Origin: Hydrolagus affinis | Lineage: Eukaryota | Direction: 5' to 3' | NCBI GenBank assembly: GCA_012026655.1 | Contig: JAAILG010001117.1 | Location: 1-64,000 of the forward strand | DNA length: 64,000 nucleotides | Shown: one piece after another, positions 24,771-53,947 of the stretch | How the letters are laid out: each line of letters opens with the position of its first letter | How positions within the stretch are numbered: position 1 is the first letter of the stretch | Made by a program: the position numbers and the translations under genes | The notes under the pieces: model-generated | Database searches by the model: none | Seen by the model: the letters and a program-made list of their open reading frames with translations, nothing else | What the model was told of the DNA's origin: nothing

Positions 24771-27700
24771 TGATATTTCACTTGATCTGGACTCCGTGTC
24801 TGAGGGGAGTTTGACTGTTTGTCTGCTTTCTCTGTTTGACAGCTTTCTTCAGCAGCCTGTGGAATGGATCTGAATTGGCACAGTATAGAAAGCTGGTCTG
24901 TGCTGCAGAGAGAGAGACTGTTGCCTGCATATGTATTTGTTTGGCTTTCAGGCCCCAGGCTGTGGGTGTAAGTGCAGACTGATTGCGAGAATGTCCAGTT
25001 AAAGCAAGGGTGAGATTAGATTACACTGCGTTTGTCTGAGTAAAGTCTCTCTCTCCCTTTCTGTAGCTTGTGCTGTTCTAGATTAAAGTTTTCCAACACA
25101 ATTGTTTGGGGGTCAGCTGGGCGTTGTCTGACACGTGTGGAAACCCGTCACACTGTGTTTAAAGAGTCTCCAAACCAAACTGAGGATAGATACTATGCAT
25201 CCCACCTAGACAGGGAAATTGCAGAGATAGATTCTCTCGCTCCCTAGAGTGACGCGCTCTGTTTACATAATTCCAGAAAGTATTAGTTGCTTCAGCAATT
25301 CCAACGTTTAACATACAAATATGTAAAATAAAATCTGTACTGAGGCTGCCTCCAATAGTTCAGTGAGTTTGTCGATTGAGCAACAGAGCCTCAGAGAGGC
25401 CTGAGTTTAATCCTGGCTTGTACTCAGGCTGATCTCAATTAAGAGCGGCACTTCCAGTGATCTCCGTGATCCTGGCTATGGGAGAGAACATCAATCAAAT
25501 TTCCTGAGCCAGACACGTATTAAAGAAGGATGGATTTCTGCTTCTGATTATTGTACAATAATCTAATAATTCTTTCATTGGATAGAGTGCTTTATTACGG
25601 TGTTGTGACGTCTCACAATACTGCACAGAATATAAAGTGGCTGGACTGTATATTTTGTGGGCGAAACACGCCAGCCAATTACACATAGCGGTGTCCCATA
25701 AACCATCATGGAGTTGAATCATCTAATCACATCGAAAATGCCCATGGATAGGAACCCAGGTCGGAGAAGGAAGTATGGGATTAAAAGCATTCAGGAGATA
25801 ATCATGAGGTGGGGTGTGGGAAAAGGAATATTAAAAAAATCCACATATTAAATCATTCATGGATAATTTCTCCTCCGAAACATACGAAGGCTTCAGTAAT
25901 CTTTAAAAGAAGCAGTGTTGAAGCAGAGTGCCTGGTTTGGGTTATTATATTACAAGTCACCACCCCTTGCTGTGCTGCTAAAGAGTACTCTCTCTGTATT
26001 CCAGATGTCAATCACTGCACACATACAGTCAGAGCCAGAGTCTTGGCCATCTCTCTCTGCTGGGAAAGTGACTTGAATAGGCGCCGTTTGTTAGGAGGGA
26101 CTGAGAGGCTGTTCACTAAATGAATCCAGATTTGTGAACTTTGTGTATGTCGATGAACCAAATCTGGAGACACATTGGGTTATGGTGTTTCCAAAGGTGC
26201 AAACGTCATGTTTTTTTTAAATTCCCCTGTTCGCAACTCGTACTGAATTGTTTGCTTGTTCAGGTTTGATTTTTTTGCTTTCTGGGGGTAATAACAACCA
26301 CAACAATAATCCCTCGCGGAAAAATAAGTGGTCACTCACTCCACGACTGTTTATGTGCAATTAGCTGCCACGTTTTTCCCACAGACAGTAAATCAACTTT
26401 GTAACATATTCTATGAAGCGTTTGAGATGTTTCAATCATCTGATTAGGCACTATATTAAATACACAGATTATTATTAGTAGTAGTATTATTATTTGGAAG
26501 CCGTTTCAAGAGCTATGGAAAACCGCCTTTGACGTTACTAGTGAATTGAAGGATTTTCCACAAACTGGCACAGTTTTAAAACCAGGTGGAATTTGCGTCT
26601 TGGGTCATCAAAGCATGTATATTCGTGTCAAATATCCCAAGCATTCTCAGATTGCACAATGAGATCAAAACCCAAACCCTGAAAGCTTATTAGTCAGTGT
26701 GAATTCCCAACCTCAAAAGCACAAAGGTGTGAATTTATAGACGCTCCTTAAACAGCAGAACCAGAGACAGACTGTCTCCAAGCTTTGGATTGTCTCTTTC
26801 ACACGTAGACATCAAAGGGAAGGGAAGTCCCTTTCAATTTTGTTAACCCTCATCAAACAGAATAGCAAAAGGAACAGGCTCCCTAGGGAGAAGGTGAAAG
26901 CAAAAAGTCTTGATCCCTTTTCAAGAACAAATTAGATAAATTTCTGTAAGGAAATGATAATAATAAAATAGTATATATTGTAGTTGGGGACATGGCATGT
27001 GCAAGGATAGTGGAAGGCAAACTGGATGAACCTTGGTCTTCTTTCGTCCAGCATTGTTCCTATAAGGTTGAAAATTGCAGGGCTGAAAACCCCCAAATTT
27101 AGGGAGAGTGTGGAGAGGGAGCTTTACTCTGTACAAGAACAACATTAAACTTGTAGAGCGTCTTCCATGTCAGGAGGACGTCCCAAGGCGCAGGACAGTC
27201 ACTGCTTCACTGTACAGTATGAATTGGGCAGTTTAATGAGAGATTATTGGCCACAACAGCCAATAATTTTACCTGTCACTGTCTCCTGATACCTTTCCCT
27301 GTCTCTGAGACCCAAATTACACAGAACCAGCCAACCAACCCACACAACAAACATCAATAACTGTTACAAGAAATTTCAGATTTTGATACTCCATGATATT
27401 GTTACAAATATTCTTCCACCCACCGTATACTTTTGTTACCTCCTCAACTGAAATCTACAACAGGTTTATTCACCTGTTAAACTATATAATCTTTTGACCT
27501 TAGTTTAGCGTGTTACATATTGGAAGTTTTTAATGAAATACATGTAATACCCTCATAGATACTTTAGGAATCAATCTCAATCACAGATTCTTCCCAATAA
27601 AATTATTGCTTTCAAATGATCTGACAGTGTTAGGTTGAAACTATTGGAAGTGATGACAGGTATTCTGTTTCTAATAATAATCCTTGCATTTGACATAGCA

Positions 27701-27869
27701 CCTTATCACGTCTTCTAGATGTCTGTCGTGTTTCGCCCCAAAAATATAGTCACTAAGCTTTATAGTTTCACTTCCTGCGACATGCTCTGAGACGTCTCAG
27801 GAGACATAAACAAGGTGCTATTATCAAATGTAAAGATTATTATTGTGAACATTGAGGTGGAAAGAGTGG

Positions 27870-28215
27870 AGTCCTGTAGGTAGCTCAGTAGTTAGAGGAC
27901 TCGCCTTGCAAGCGAGAGACCTGGGTTTGATTCCCGGCAGGTCAGGGCGAAACCTCAGGCAATTTTCCTTACTACACACACACACACACACACACATACG
28001 CCTGATAATAATCCTGCACAAAACCAATAATAATGCGGTTATTTCAATCCTTGACCATTTGTGGGACGCTGCTGTGCGCAATTGGCTGCCGCATTTCGCC
28101 CTCAAATATACAGTCACTTCATTTTACAGTATATTCTGTGAAGCGCTTTGAGACACAGTCCAGAAGACGTGGAGAGCTCTGTATCAAATGGAAAGATTTT
28201 TACGACTATAATTAT
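27870..28215 (+). mobile_element. Full-length tRNA-derived SINE with internal (CA)n
   Basis: GTAGCTCAGTAGTTAGAG..CTTGCAAG..GGTTTGATTCCC head, Deu core and tail. Confidence 0.85.
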
Positions 28216-28229
28216 TACTGTTATGCTTC

Positions 28230-28828
28230 TCAGTCCTGGCTGGGCAAGGTGATGGGATGATGTAGGAAAGCGATGGACAGGACTGAGGGTCCAGTCATCA
28301 CAGGGACCAGCCCACAGCAACGTGACGCCGGCAGGATAATCTGCGCCTGCGTGGAGAAGGACTTGGAGGAGAAGCTGAGAGAGAAGCACAGATAGAGAAG
28401 GGGGTACAGAGATAGGGAAGGGGGGACAGAGAGGTTCAAAGAGAGAGAGAAGTGGGCACAAGAGAGGGAGAGGCAGAAAGAGAGAGAGACTAGGTCTTGG
28501 TACAGGGAGAAGGAGGGGAGAGAAAGAAAGGCTCAGGCAGACAGACGGAGAGAGAGAGAGCAAGGCTTAGAGAGAGGGACTGGGGTCTTGAGATAGAGAG
28601 AAGGAGCGAGGCAGAGAAGAGCGAGAGAGTGGGGAAGAGAACATAAGAGAGAGAGAGAGAGAGAGAACTGGATCTGAGATAAGAGAGAGGCTGAGAGGAA
28701 AGGGGTGGGGTGGGGAGAGACAGAGTGTGACAGTCTGAATTACAGAAATTGACATCCACTATCTGCCCAGTGGCAGCTTCTCTCCGGGGATTACAGCGGA
28801 CTTTACTTCTGTCTGTCCTGTGTTTAAG
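28230..28828 (+). promoter_or_regulatory. Putative UGDH promoter and non-coding first exon
   Basis: CpG-containing stretch at 28310-28355, a GA-rich tract, and a strong donor AAG|GTAAGA at 28828/28829. The first coding exon is preceded by an acceptor at 31003, so an upstream UTR exon is required. Confidence 0.5.
28365..28725. repeat. GA-rich low-complexity polypurine tract
   Basis: (GA)n/(GGGA)n composition. Confidence 0.9.
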
Positions 28829-28847
28829 GTAAGAATTAGCTGCGCAG

Positions 28848-29065
28848 TGTTGGGAGCTGGGCTGTGTGTGTGTGTGTATTGGGAGCTGGACTGTATGTGT
28901 GTGTGTGTGTTGAGAGCTTGGCTGTGTGTGTGTTCAGAGCTGGGCTGTGTGTGTTGAGAGCTGGGCTGTGTGTGTGTTGGGCTATGTGTGTGTGTTGAGA
29001 GCTGGGCTGTGTGTGTGTTGGGCTATGTGTGTGTGTTGGGAGCTGGGCTGTGTGTTGTGTTGGCT
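28848..29065. repeat. Minisatellite, unit approximately GAGCTGGGCTGTGTGTGTGTTG
   Basis: About 9-10 imperfect tandem units with variable (TG)n. Confidence 0.9.
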
Positions 29066-31012
29066 GGTGGGGGTGCAGCAGATCATTGTATTTAATATGA
29101 TTTTGAAAGCCAAACTCGGGGAGATCTTTTTAACTGGCTGATGCCCCAGGGTCGGGCCTCATTGCTCAACTTGTCTTTCATCCAGAGCCCTGGCTCCTTC
29201 CTCACAGATTGGTGGGGGGGTAACGTTGAGGCTCCTCATCCCTGGGGAGGTGGGGGAAGGGTTCACATTCTTTGGGGTTTGGGGAAAACTTTCATCCAAG
29301 TGTCATGTCAACTTTGGGTTGAAAATTTGGATTTCCTCACGTTTTATGCATAGTTTACATATTATTATTAATTTCATAATAATTTGATCACTTCAATCCA
29401 GGACTATTTGTGGTTCGTACACTGCTGTGAGCAATTCGCTGCCGCATTTCGCCCACAAACTATACGGTCAATTCACTTTCCGGTATGTTCTGTCAAATGC
29501 TTTTGAGGCATTTCGACGCTGTATCACTTGAAAGTATTATTATAGCTTGGATAGGACTGGGGCTCGACTAGAGAGAGACATTGTGAGTTACACAAAGTTT
29601 CTAAAGTTACTGAGGGTGTAAGCTCCAAAATGTGACGTGTGGCACTAAACATTAGGTGTGTCTGGTCAGTTGTCTCTCTAGATATCTCCCCAAAGTTTTC
29701 CTAAATAGCAAAACAATTATCGCAAACATGTAATTAAAACTCTATCAACAAAAACAAAATTCAGTCAATCCACTTTACAGTACAATTTGAGAAGCGCTCT
29801 GAGACGCCTCAACCTTGTGATGTATCAAATGCAAGGATTATTATTATCATTATTCCAGCATCCTAAAATGACTGCAGATGTGGAGATCTGGCTAGTTTAC
29901 ATTGGTTATTAGAGTTGGATGACTGGAGTTCTCGCTGGGTTTGGAAAGGGAGCTTCCTAATAACAATGATCAACTAAACAAGGAATGTTTTTTTGGGGAA
30001 AGCAAGGGCTAATATCTTCTATTGCTTTGCAAGGAACTGTAGGTACTGTTAATTACCCAATGAAATAACTGAAGTTGCATGGAATCCTTTGCCCTGAATG
30101 CTCTTTAGTGCCATCTGCTGGGTTTAACTATTTTTTGTCTTTATTGCCCCCTTCCCCCTCCCCCCCAAAAAAAGTTCATTTGCGTTGATCTGGAACATGA
30201 CGTGTGCAAGCTACTGCCAGGATGGTGGAAGGCAAACTGGATGGAGGCGTCTAGCATTCCTTATGTGTTTTGGATTTGATGTGGGAAGAGAGATGAGAAG
30301 GGACATTAATTAATGCATGGTTGTAAGGAGGTGGGTAGGTTGCTGGATGTTGCTAACACACCGTGTTGCAATGCTGCGATGAGGGCCTCGGTTGACTTCA
30401 CAAACACAAGCTGCTTTGCGTAGATTGAGAGAGTGTTGCTACTGTTGCTGAGAGATGGATTGTGGAGGTCTGAGATAGGCAGCAACTGCTCCATTGAATG
30501 GGGAAAGATGACCGACCGACTCAGCTTTGAGCAGCGGCAGTTCCGCTAATGGCTGTCTGGGTAGGTTTATCACAGTGTTGAGTTACAGAGACAGCGAGGT
30601 TACTGGCTCTCACCCACACCTGTGCTGATCTTAATTAATTTATTATTCAAGCGTTTCACCCACAAAAGACACAAAATATTTTGTGAGGCTCTTGTGAGAT
30701 GTCTTGAAGACGTGATGAGGCACTGTTTCAAATGCAATAGTGATTATTATTATGAACTGGGTCAGTGCTCAGGTTTGCATTTGGTTATCATGAGTGTATA
30801 TGTGTATGAGTACATGTGAAATCAGCCAGGATTCTTATTTCTGATCACTTTCCCAGGCTTACTCCCTGGAAATGCAAAACGCTATACTTACTGTATGTTG
30901 AGTCTCAAATCGCTGTATCCTTCCAAATATTATTTTCTAAAAGGGAATCTATCCTAATATGTCTATCTGAGTGAATGGGTCAATGTTTTCCTCTCACGGA
31001 CAGGCTGCTCCC

Positions 31013-37306
<6,294 letters not shown>

Positions 37307-38347
37307 TGGACCAACTGGGTTTACAGTGACTTTAAGCTGCATATTTTATACACTTCAGTATTAGTTTTTACACGTAGGTATAACGGCAACACTAAGACAG
37401 TATTTTAGGCAACCCTTAGAAGATTGTGATGGTTAGAACGTATATGTGGAATGGGATTTTCACAAGTTCCAATCAGTTGGTTGTATCGCAGGAGAGATTA
37501 ATGTGTTTCATTGATAACTGAGATGTCAGTGGAGAGTGGGCTGGGCAAGAAAGAGGAGCAATGCAAACCATTTTGCACATGGACCAAAGGGTTAGGATCT
37601 CACCTGTAATTCACCCTGTCCACATGATTTGCACAACACACATGACTGAGGGCACTGTGCCCAAGGTACTGATATCTAACCTTGTTTTTTCATGAAACCC
37701 ACAAATCGTGAGCTTTGAACAATCAGTGTATTAATTGCTGGGTTCTATTGTGGGGTTAAAGACTTGGCTCGTCCCAGCGGTACATGGAGAGGAAATGGAT
37801 CATCTTGCTTTCTGTCTAATCCTCACTGTTCTGTAAGTTGACTCAAAGAGAGATGATGGTTGCCAAGTAAGGTAGAGTTCTCAGAAAGCAGTGAACCTGC
37901 AGGTTTTTAACCTCAGATAATTGACGATTATTATTTACCTTCATTAATACTGTGAATGAAATGCACAGTGTTGACATTCCACATTCATATAATGTCTTGC
38001 TCTTGTTGAGCAAGATTTTTTTTAAAAAAGGAAAACCGTGTGTAAGCATGACTTCTGTCTCAGTGAGATTTCACTCGACTTATTTGATACATCTTTTTCC
38101 TAATAAAAATGTTTTTTCTAAATGTGATTTTTGCACATAGGAGTTTGGGCTGGGAATCCTCTCGCTCGGGAACAAAGGCGTTCTGTGTTTGTCTCAACAT
38201 TCTGTAGCCTTATCGCTTTGTTTAGTCTGTCTTAAAAACTTTTAACAAATGGACTTGTGAACAAAGAATGATTTTAAGACTCCCAACTTTATTTTCTCTA
38301 TGTTGAATAATACAGTCTGATGCAAAACGCAGTTACAGAGCAAATAA

Positions 38348-41300
38348 TCAGTGGAACATATTTGTGGGTAAGATCTCGGGGTGAATATATTCTGTGAGTT
38401 GTTCTGGTTTGTTCACAAAGACTACTTTCTTAGCGGTAGTTTCATCCAGCCTAAAGGAATGGAGTTTCCAAAGTTAATACCCAGTTGAACTTGTGAGTAT
38501 GTTCCCGAGACACTAAAGCCTTTCCCGAACCCGAAAGAGGTTCTGTCATCCAAGACTTTGGAAGTAACAGATTTCCTGTGGGTCGGAGTGGCATATCGCC
38601 AGTCACCAGAAGGAATTCCAACCTGTGGAGCTCAGGATTCCTTATTGGGGAATCTCGTTTAAGCATTGCTGCAATATAGACCCCAGCGTAATCACAAAGA
38701 AAGGAAACTTACCAACCGCGTATGATTATCCAGCAGCCAGTGAAGAGAACCGGAGGGTTGACGATTAGCCAGACTCCCAGTCGCTCGGGGTAGTAATTGG
38801 AGAGCAGCCAAATTAGATTCTTAACAAACTGATAGTCCATGGTGTTCATGGAGAAGTCTTTCATGTCAAACAATATGCAGAAATTGTCACATGTGTCATT
38901 GTTGCATTTCTTGGCCGCAGACTCCTGTGGAGGTGGATTTTATTAATTGGAACCTGTTGGTTATTGACTTTATATCTTGCTTGTGTTTGATCCTAATTAT
39001 TGCAGCACTGAAGTTTAGTTTTAATCAAGGTACATTATTACATGTAAAGTATTATTACATGTAAAGTAACTTGGTTCTGTTAAAGATATGTTAAAATACA
39101 CTAAGCTCTTTTTACACCCCCTCTCCCCAAACTAAAAGCAGTCCGTGCTCTGTTGAATGTTAAACTCACCAGCAAAAATACAATGAATCTTGTTAGGTTC
39201 TGAAGGTTACGCTCTTTTGGGTTATGCATCTTGGCTCTTACCATTATGATGGGCCTGAAGGGAAAAAGGGCCCTTTTAGATTGGAATTTGTATTTCCTCC
39301 TCACCTCAAAGCTACCTCCTGGAGTGGTTAGTGCTGTTTTCAGTGATGCAGAAAGTCCCTCCAATGCAAAGATTATGATGACTTTACAATGAGTGGTGAA
39401 TGAGTTCAGGGAGGCAGATTTTGTCAGCAAATTAAAGTGTGAATTGCCCATGTATTTGGTGAAGAAAGTGCTCAAGCAGTCAGTATGAGAGTGAAAGTGT
39501 AGGGTTTATTTTTGACATTGGGCAAGTCAGATGAATAGTAATATTTTTCTTTGGTTCTGAACATTCCTGAAGTGCTATATAATACGTACCTGCTCATTAA
39601 GTCTCTTTCCTCAAGAAGCATAGCTTTACCAGATTTCATTTCAGTTTTAATTTCAGGGCTGTCAGCAGTAATAAAGTCAACTCCAAACTCTTTCCTCCAC
39701 TTAAGGTAACCGAGGATCGCAGTCAGAGCCTTATCCACTGTGCCAAACGCTCTCAGAAACCTTGCGAGCCCCTTGTCATTCAAATCCTGCAAGACACAAA
39801 ATAATGTCAATTCTTGTCCTCACTGCGCCCTTTGCCTTTGAACCATAAATGTATAGGATTTATCCATAGATTTCGCTTAACAAGAAAGCTATGTTAAATG
39901 AGGCAGATTACAATCAATAGTTAGAAAAATGCAATTTCTTATGTTTGTATGTTATTTTGAGGAGTTGAGGGTTTATAGTGAGACTGTGAAGTTGAGAATT
40001 GATTAAGGTTATGAGGTTTTTTTGTTCTAATCGCACAGAATGTGTCCCAAATTTTTGTGCCTCGAGATTTACAGAACTAATCCTACCTCTGGCAAAGTTC
40101 TGCAGGCAACCTGTAAAAACAGACAAATAAATCACAAGTGTTGAAAACCGAATTTTCACATATCAAAATTCTATTTAAATTGCAGATTGAGTGCTAGGAA
40201 TCCTTAACATCAGCAGATAATACAGTATATACAAAATACTACAGATGCTGAATCTGAAACAAAAACAAAAGTTGATGGGGAAACTCAGCAGGTATGGAGA
40301 AAGGAGAAGGAGTCAACGTTTCGGGTCTACAACCCTCGTGTAGACCTGAAACGTCGACTCTTTTTCCTTTCTCCATGGATGCTGTTTGACCTGCTGAGTT
40401 TCCCCAGCAACTTTTGTTTTTAATACAGTATATAGTTTGGCACAAGACTTTTGCATGTGATTAACAGGGTGGTCGAAGGCAAACTGGATGGACCTTGGTA
40501 TTTTGTATATTGGTAGTAATTCTTATATAATAGTAGTGTGTGTGTGTTCTGAAGAAACACAATGGCCCAAGGAAATGAGGTAGTATATATACCAGGCATT
40601 TGAACATGTGGGCAAAGAGCAAGGAAGTAGGATTAGTTTATATGATTTCCATTAGGGGAGAGAGCACTGACACAGACATGAATGAGGTAAGAGTAGGGGT
40701 TTGGGATAAGGGTAGTGATCTCTAGTGGAGAAAGTGAGCAACAACACTGGTTAATGGGTTTAATGATCATGCTTGCATTTGATATAAGGGATTTTATGTA
40801 AGTTTGATATATCATTGAGACAGTGCTTCCTGCTTCAGGGAATATATTGTAAAATGAATTGACTATTTTGAAGATGAAAGGCTGTAATTCTATACTGTGC
40901 TGTAATTCTATGTTTCTCTCTGGCCTAAACCTTGTGTGACTGGTCATTTCTCAAAAGATCCCTACCCTTGTCTTTTTCTCCAGAAGTAATTTATTTGCTT
41001 GTGAGTCCAAACCAATAGAATTTGAGCTGTCACCGATGCTTTCTTTCTTCCTGATAAAATAAGTAATGTTAAATAGTAATAATGAAATTATAAAACATAA
41101 TTAAAATAGCACCTGGGTGGATATAGAGTGAGGAGCAGAATTGTATCCCACAAATAGCAACTGTACATCACATCTACAAAGTCCTGTTACTCCCTTTTTT
41201 TAACGGAACGCACTGACCAACACTGAAACATGGAAGAATGATGATCATGGTATTTAGAACCACTTAATTGTATTCAGTACAAGTGATTAACTGTATTTAG

Positions 41301-41853
41301 ATAACCAGAGGATCAGTGTGTGAGTAAGAGCCATTATATTCATGGAAAATGATAATCCCTCACCGTGTTCAGTGTAGAAGGGATGGAGTAATGAGGCAAA
41401 ATGTTTCATGTTTCCTCTCTGTAAACTCGTATTGCGCTCTTTTACAGGGACAGGACTTAGAATAACTTAATCTGCTCTTATCCCAGTTTCCGTCTAGTTT
41501 CCCACACCTTTTTAAAAACTATTGTTCCTCTTAAAATAGTGTAATGAAATGAAGTGTTCTCGATCGCCACTTCTGGGAAAGAATGAACTAAGTAATGGGA
41601 ACCAGGTGCATGGGAACAGACAGATGGATGTACTGGAGTCTGTAGTTTAAATCTGTCCCCAAACCTTTAATGGGGAGGCTATTCCCAAACATGCAAATAC
41701 ATTGCTATTACAGAACTGTTTAGTGCTATGACACCTTCACATTTTGGTTTCGCTGTTAATCTGGTTACATACAATGCGGTGTAGAATATTCATTTATTAC
41801 CCTGTAGCCTCCAGTTTCTGGCATTTGGAATAGTTGAAGTTAGTTGAATTCAT
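38348..41853 (-). CDS. Small Sec14/CRAL-TRIO lipid-binding protein (~252 aa)
   Basis: Exons 41853-41801, 41050-40966, 40110-40087, 39786-39590, 39254-39170, 38924-38713, 38450-38348 join in frame (759 nt). CRAL-TRIO-N LARFLRA..YLKWRKEF, RPIIMV, LFDMKDFSMNTMD, YYPERLG..IVNPP..F..CW.IIRGWLDETTAKKVVF. AATAAA (minus) at about 38288. The first three exons are less certain. Confidence 0.85.
40260..40421. repeat. Foldback palindrome of two Penelope-type repeat copies
   Basis: AAAAACAAAAGTTGATGGGGAAACTCAGCAGGT..GAGTCAACGTTTCGGGTCTACA-accctcg-TGTAGACCTGAAACGTCGACTC..ACCTGCTGAGTTTCCCCAGCAACTTTTGTTTTT; arms of about 70-85 bp with a short loop. Confidence 0.85.
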
Positions 41854-42859
41854 AGTTGCATCTGTTGCCCGAGGAGAATTGATGGCTACAAACTTTCACA
41901 GAACTCGGGTGCCCAGCTAGAGCATTGTGGCATCAGGTACGCTTCACAATGGGACAATGTCACCAACACAGCAGCCATTGCAACCTCCCTTCCTTTCGAT
42001 ATTATCTACACCAGGGCATTAACAAAGCCACTCACTGACGGTGTAGCCACCACATTATCGCTGCCAATCCATGCACACATCTCACTGGCACTGCAATAAC
42101 ACACCTCTCACCGTCAGTGCAATAATAATAATAATGGGTTATTTCAATCCACAACTGTTTGTCGGACACTACTGCACGCAATTGGCTGATGTGTTTCGCC
42201 CACATATAATAATCCTTGCATTTGATATAGCGCTTTTCACGTCTTCTAGACGTCTCAAAGTGCTTCACAGAATATACTGTTTTTAAATATAAAGTGTTTT
42301 TTTTGGAGTGATTATTATTGAGTGTGTGGAGTAAGGAAACTTGCCCAAGGTTTTGCCCTGATCTGAATTCTGAATTCAAACACGGATCTCATACTATTGA
42401 GCTACAGGGCTCCGTATATACGGTCAATTCATTTGACAGTATATCGGTGAAGTGCCTTGAGATGTCTCGAAGACGTGAAAAGTGCTATATCGAATGCAAG
42501 GATTATTATTCATTAAATACTGTGCACAGCAGCTCGCTGCCACCACCTGATTCCCAAGTACAGTACCTTGTTTGCCCACAGTCAAAACGTATGCGTGGGA
42601 TGCACATCTATTCTCACTGAGCAGCTGAAAGTACTGTATTTTTGATTTTTAAATGAAAATAAATTTGATAATGATTATTATTTGTATTACACTCTTACAT
42701 TTCTTGTCAGTCTCGCCTACCAACGAAAGTCTATCATTAGTATCTGTATTTATTTGGTACCAGTTAAAACGCCCCGGCAGTTTCACATCAAAGACAAATG
42801 GACGATGACGATGATTATTATCGTTAATTGTGATTAACAGTCTCAACATCGATCAATAA

Positions 42860-43046
42860 ATCACAGCGGTGATTGACAGGTGGGCGGGGTCGGTGGTTAG
42901 ATGATCGACGGGCGCTGCGGCCAATGAGTGGCCGGGAGAGCGGGCTGAGTGGGAGGGGTGGGGGGGATGGAGTTCCGGTTCCGGTTCCCTCCTGTCCTGT
43001 CCTGTCAGTCGGTGTCTGCCTTCCTGTCGGTCACTGTGTCGGTGTC
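42860..43046 (+). promoter_or_regulatory. HARS CpG promoter, divergent to the CRAL-TRIO gene
   Basis: GC box GGGCGGGG (~42882), CCAAT (42921), tandem TTCCGG ETS-like sites (~42973-42985). Confidence 0.7.
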
Positions 43047-53121
<10,075 letters not shown>

Positions 53122-53947
53122 TGTACAACATCCGGCTTTCCATCACGCAGCTCTGTAATTTATTGGACTCTCTTGCAGTCAACCAATGAGCTCTCTTAAA
53201 GGCTACCGTTGTTCCCAGCACTTATTTACAACTACGACCAATCCTTGTTAATAATCACCCAAAGTACACCTCAATGTGGAACTGAAAGTATTCTGTTTTT
53301 TTTTATTCAGGTGTGTCTGTGTAATCCTTATCTAGATTTTACAAAGGCTCTTGCTACTGTATTTGGAAATTTAACTGAAGGAATAAAAGTGTGATAACAC
53401 TGTTTGTAGTGTCAATGTTTGACATTATTATTTTGGTTACAAGGAACAATACGGAACGAGCACTTTTTTAGGCTAGCGGTTGGGGTGACCTTTTGATGAA
53501 AGTTGAGGTTGCTGAGAAATAGGTTCACGACACAGAACCGCGTTAAAACAAGTTTGGCATCTGCAGAGCAAAGAAGTAGTCACATCAAGAAATTGTCCAA
53601 TTTATTAGCTACACCTGTGGCTACTGATTGTTAGGCCAAGGACTCCACTGCTGCAAGTAGTCAAAGTGCAATGGCGGGTGGGGAGAATGAGCAATTTGTG
53701 GTGGGGGAAGGGATGTGACTTAAAAGTTCCAACGATTTCTTCCATAATAGATAAATGATTCAGGAATGGGCAAGTCTGAAAACGATTTTAATTTCTGAGG
53801 TTGAGAAAGCTAGTTTCTATTTAAAAGGTGGGCTTGTTAATTACAAGAGAATTTGATTGGGGTCAATGAAAATTAATCAGCTGTTACTGCATCTGCTAAT
53901 TTGGAAAGGGGGTGCAAATCAACAAAATTACATTTGTATAGTGCGCC

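Noticed and set aside
22100-28200. Possible WDR55 or other gene remnants between IK and UGDH
   Set aside because: No spliceable exon chain or WD40-like peptide could be seen by eye; mostly SINE/LINE debris with some unique non-coding patches.
28114-29141. Leu/Ser/Pro-rich and Cys/Val/Trp-rich ORFs
   Set aside because: Translations of the GA tract and the minisatellite.
30300-30570. Repeat-free stretch with a possible donor (GG|GTAGGT) in the UGDH 5' intron
   Set aside because: Could be an alternative UTR exon or enhancer, but there is no ORF, clear acceptor or motif to support it.
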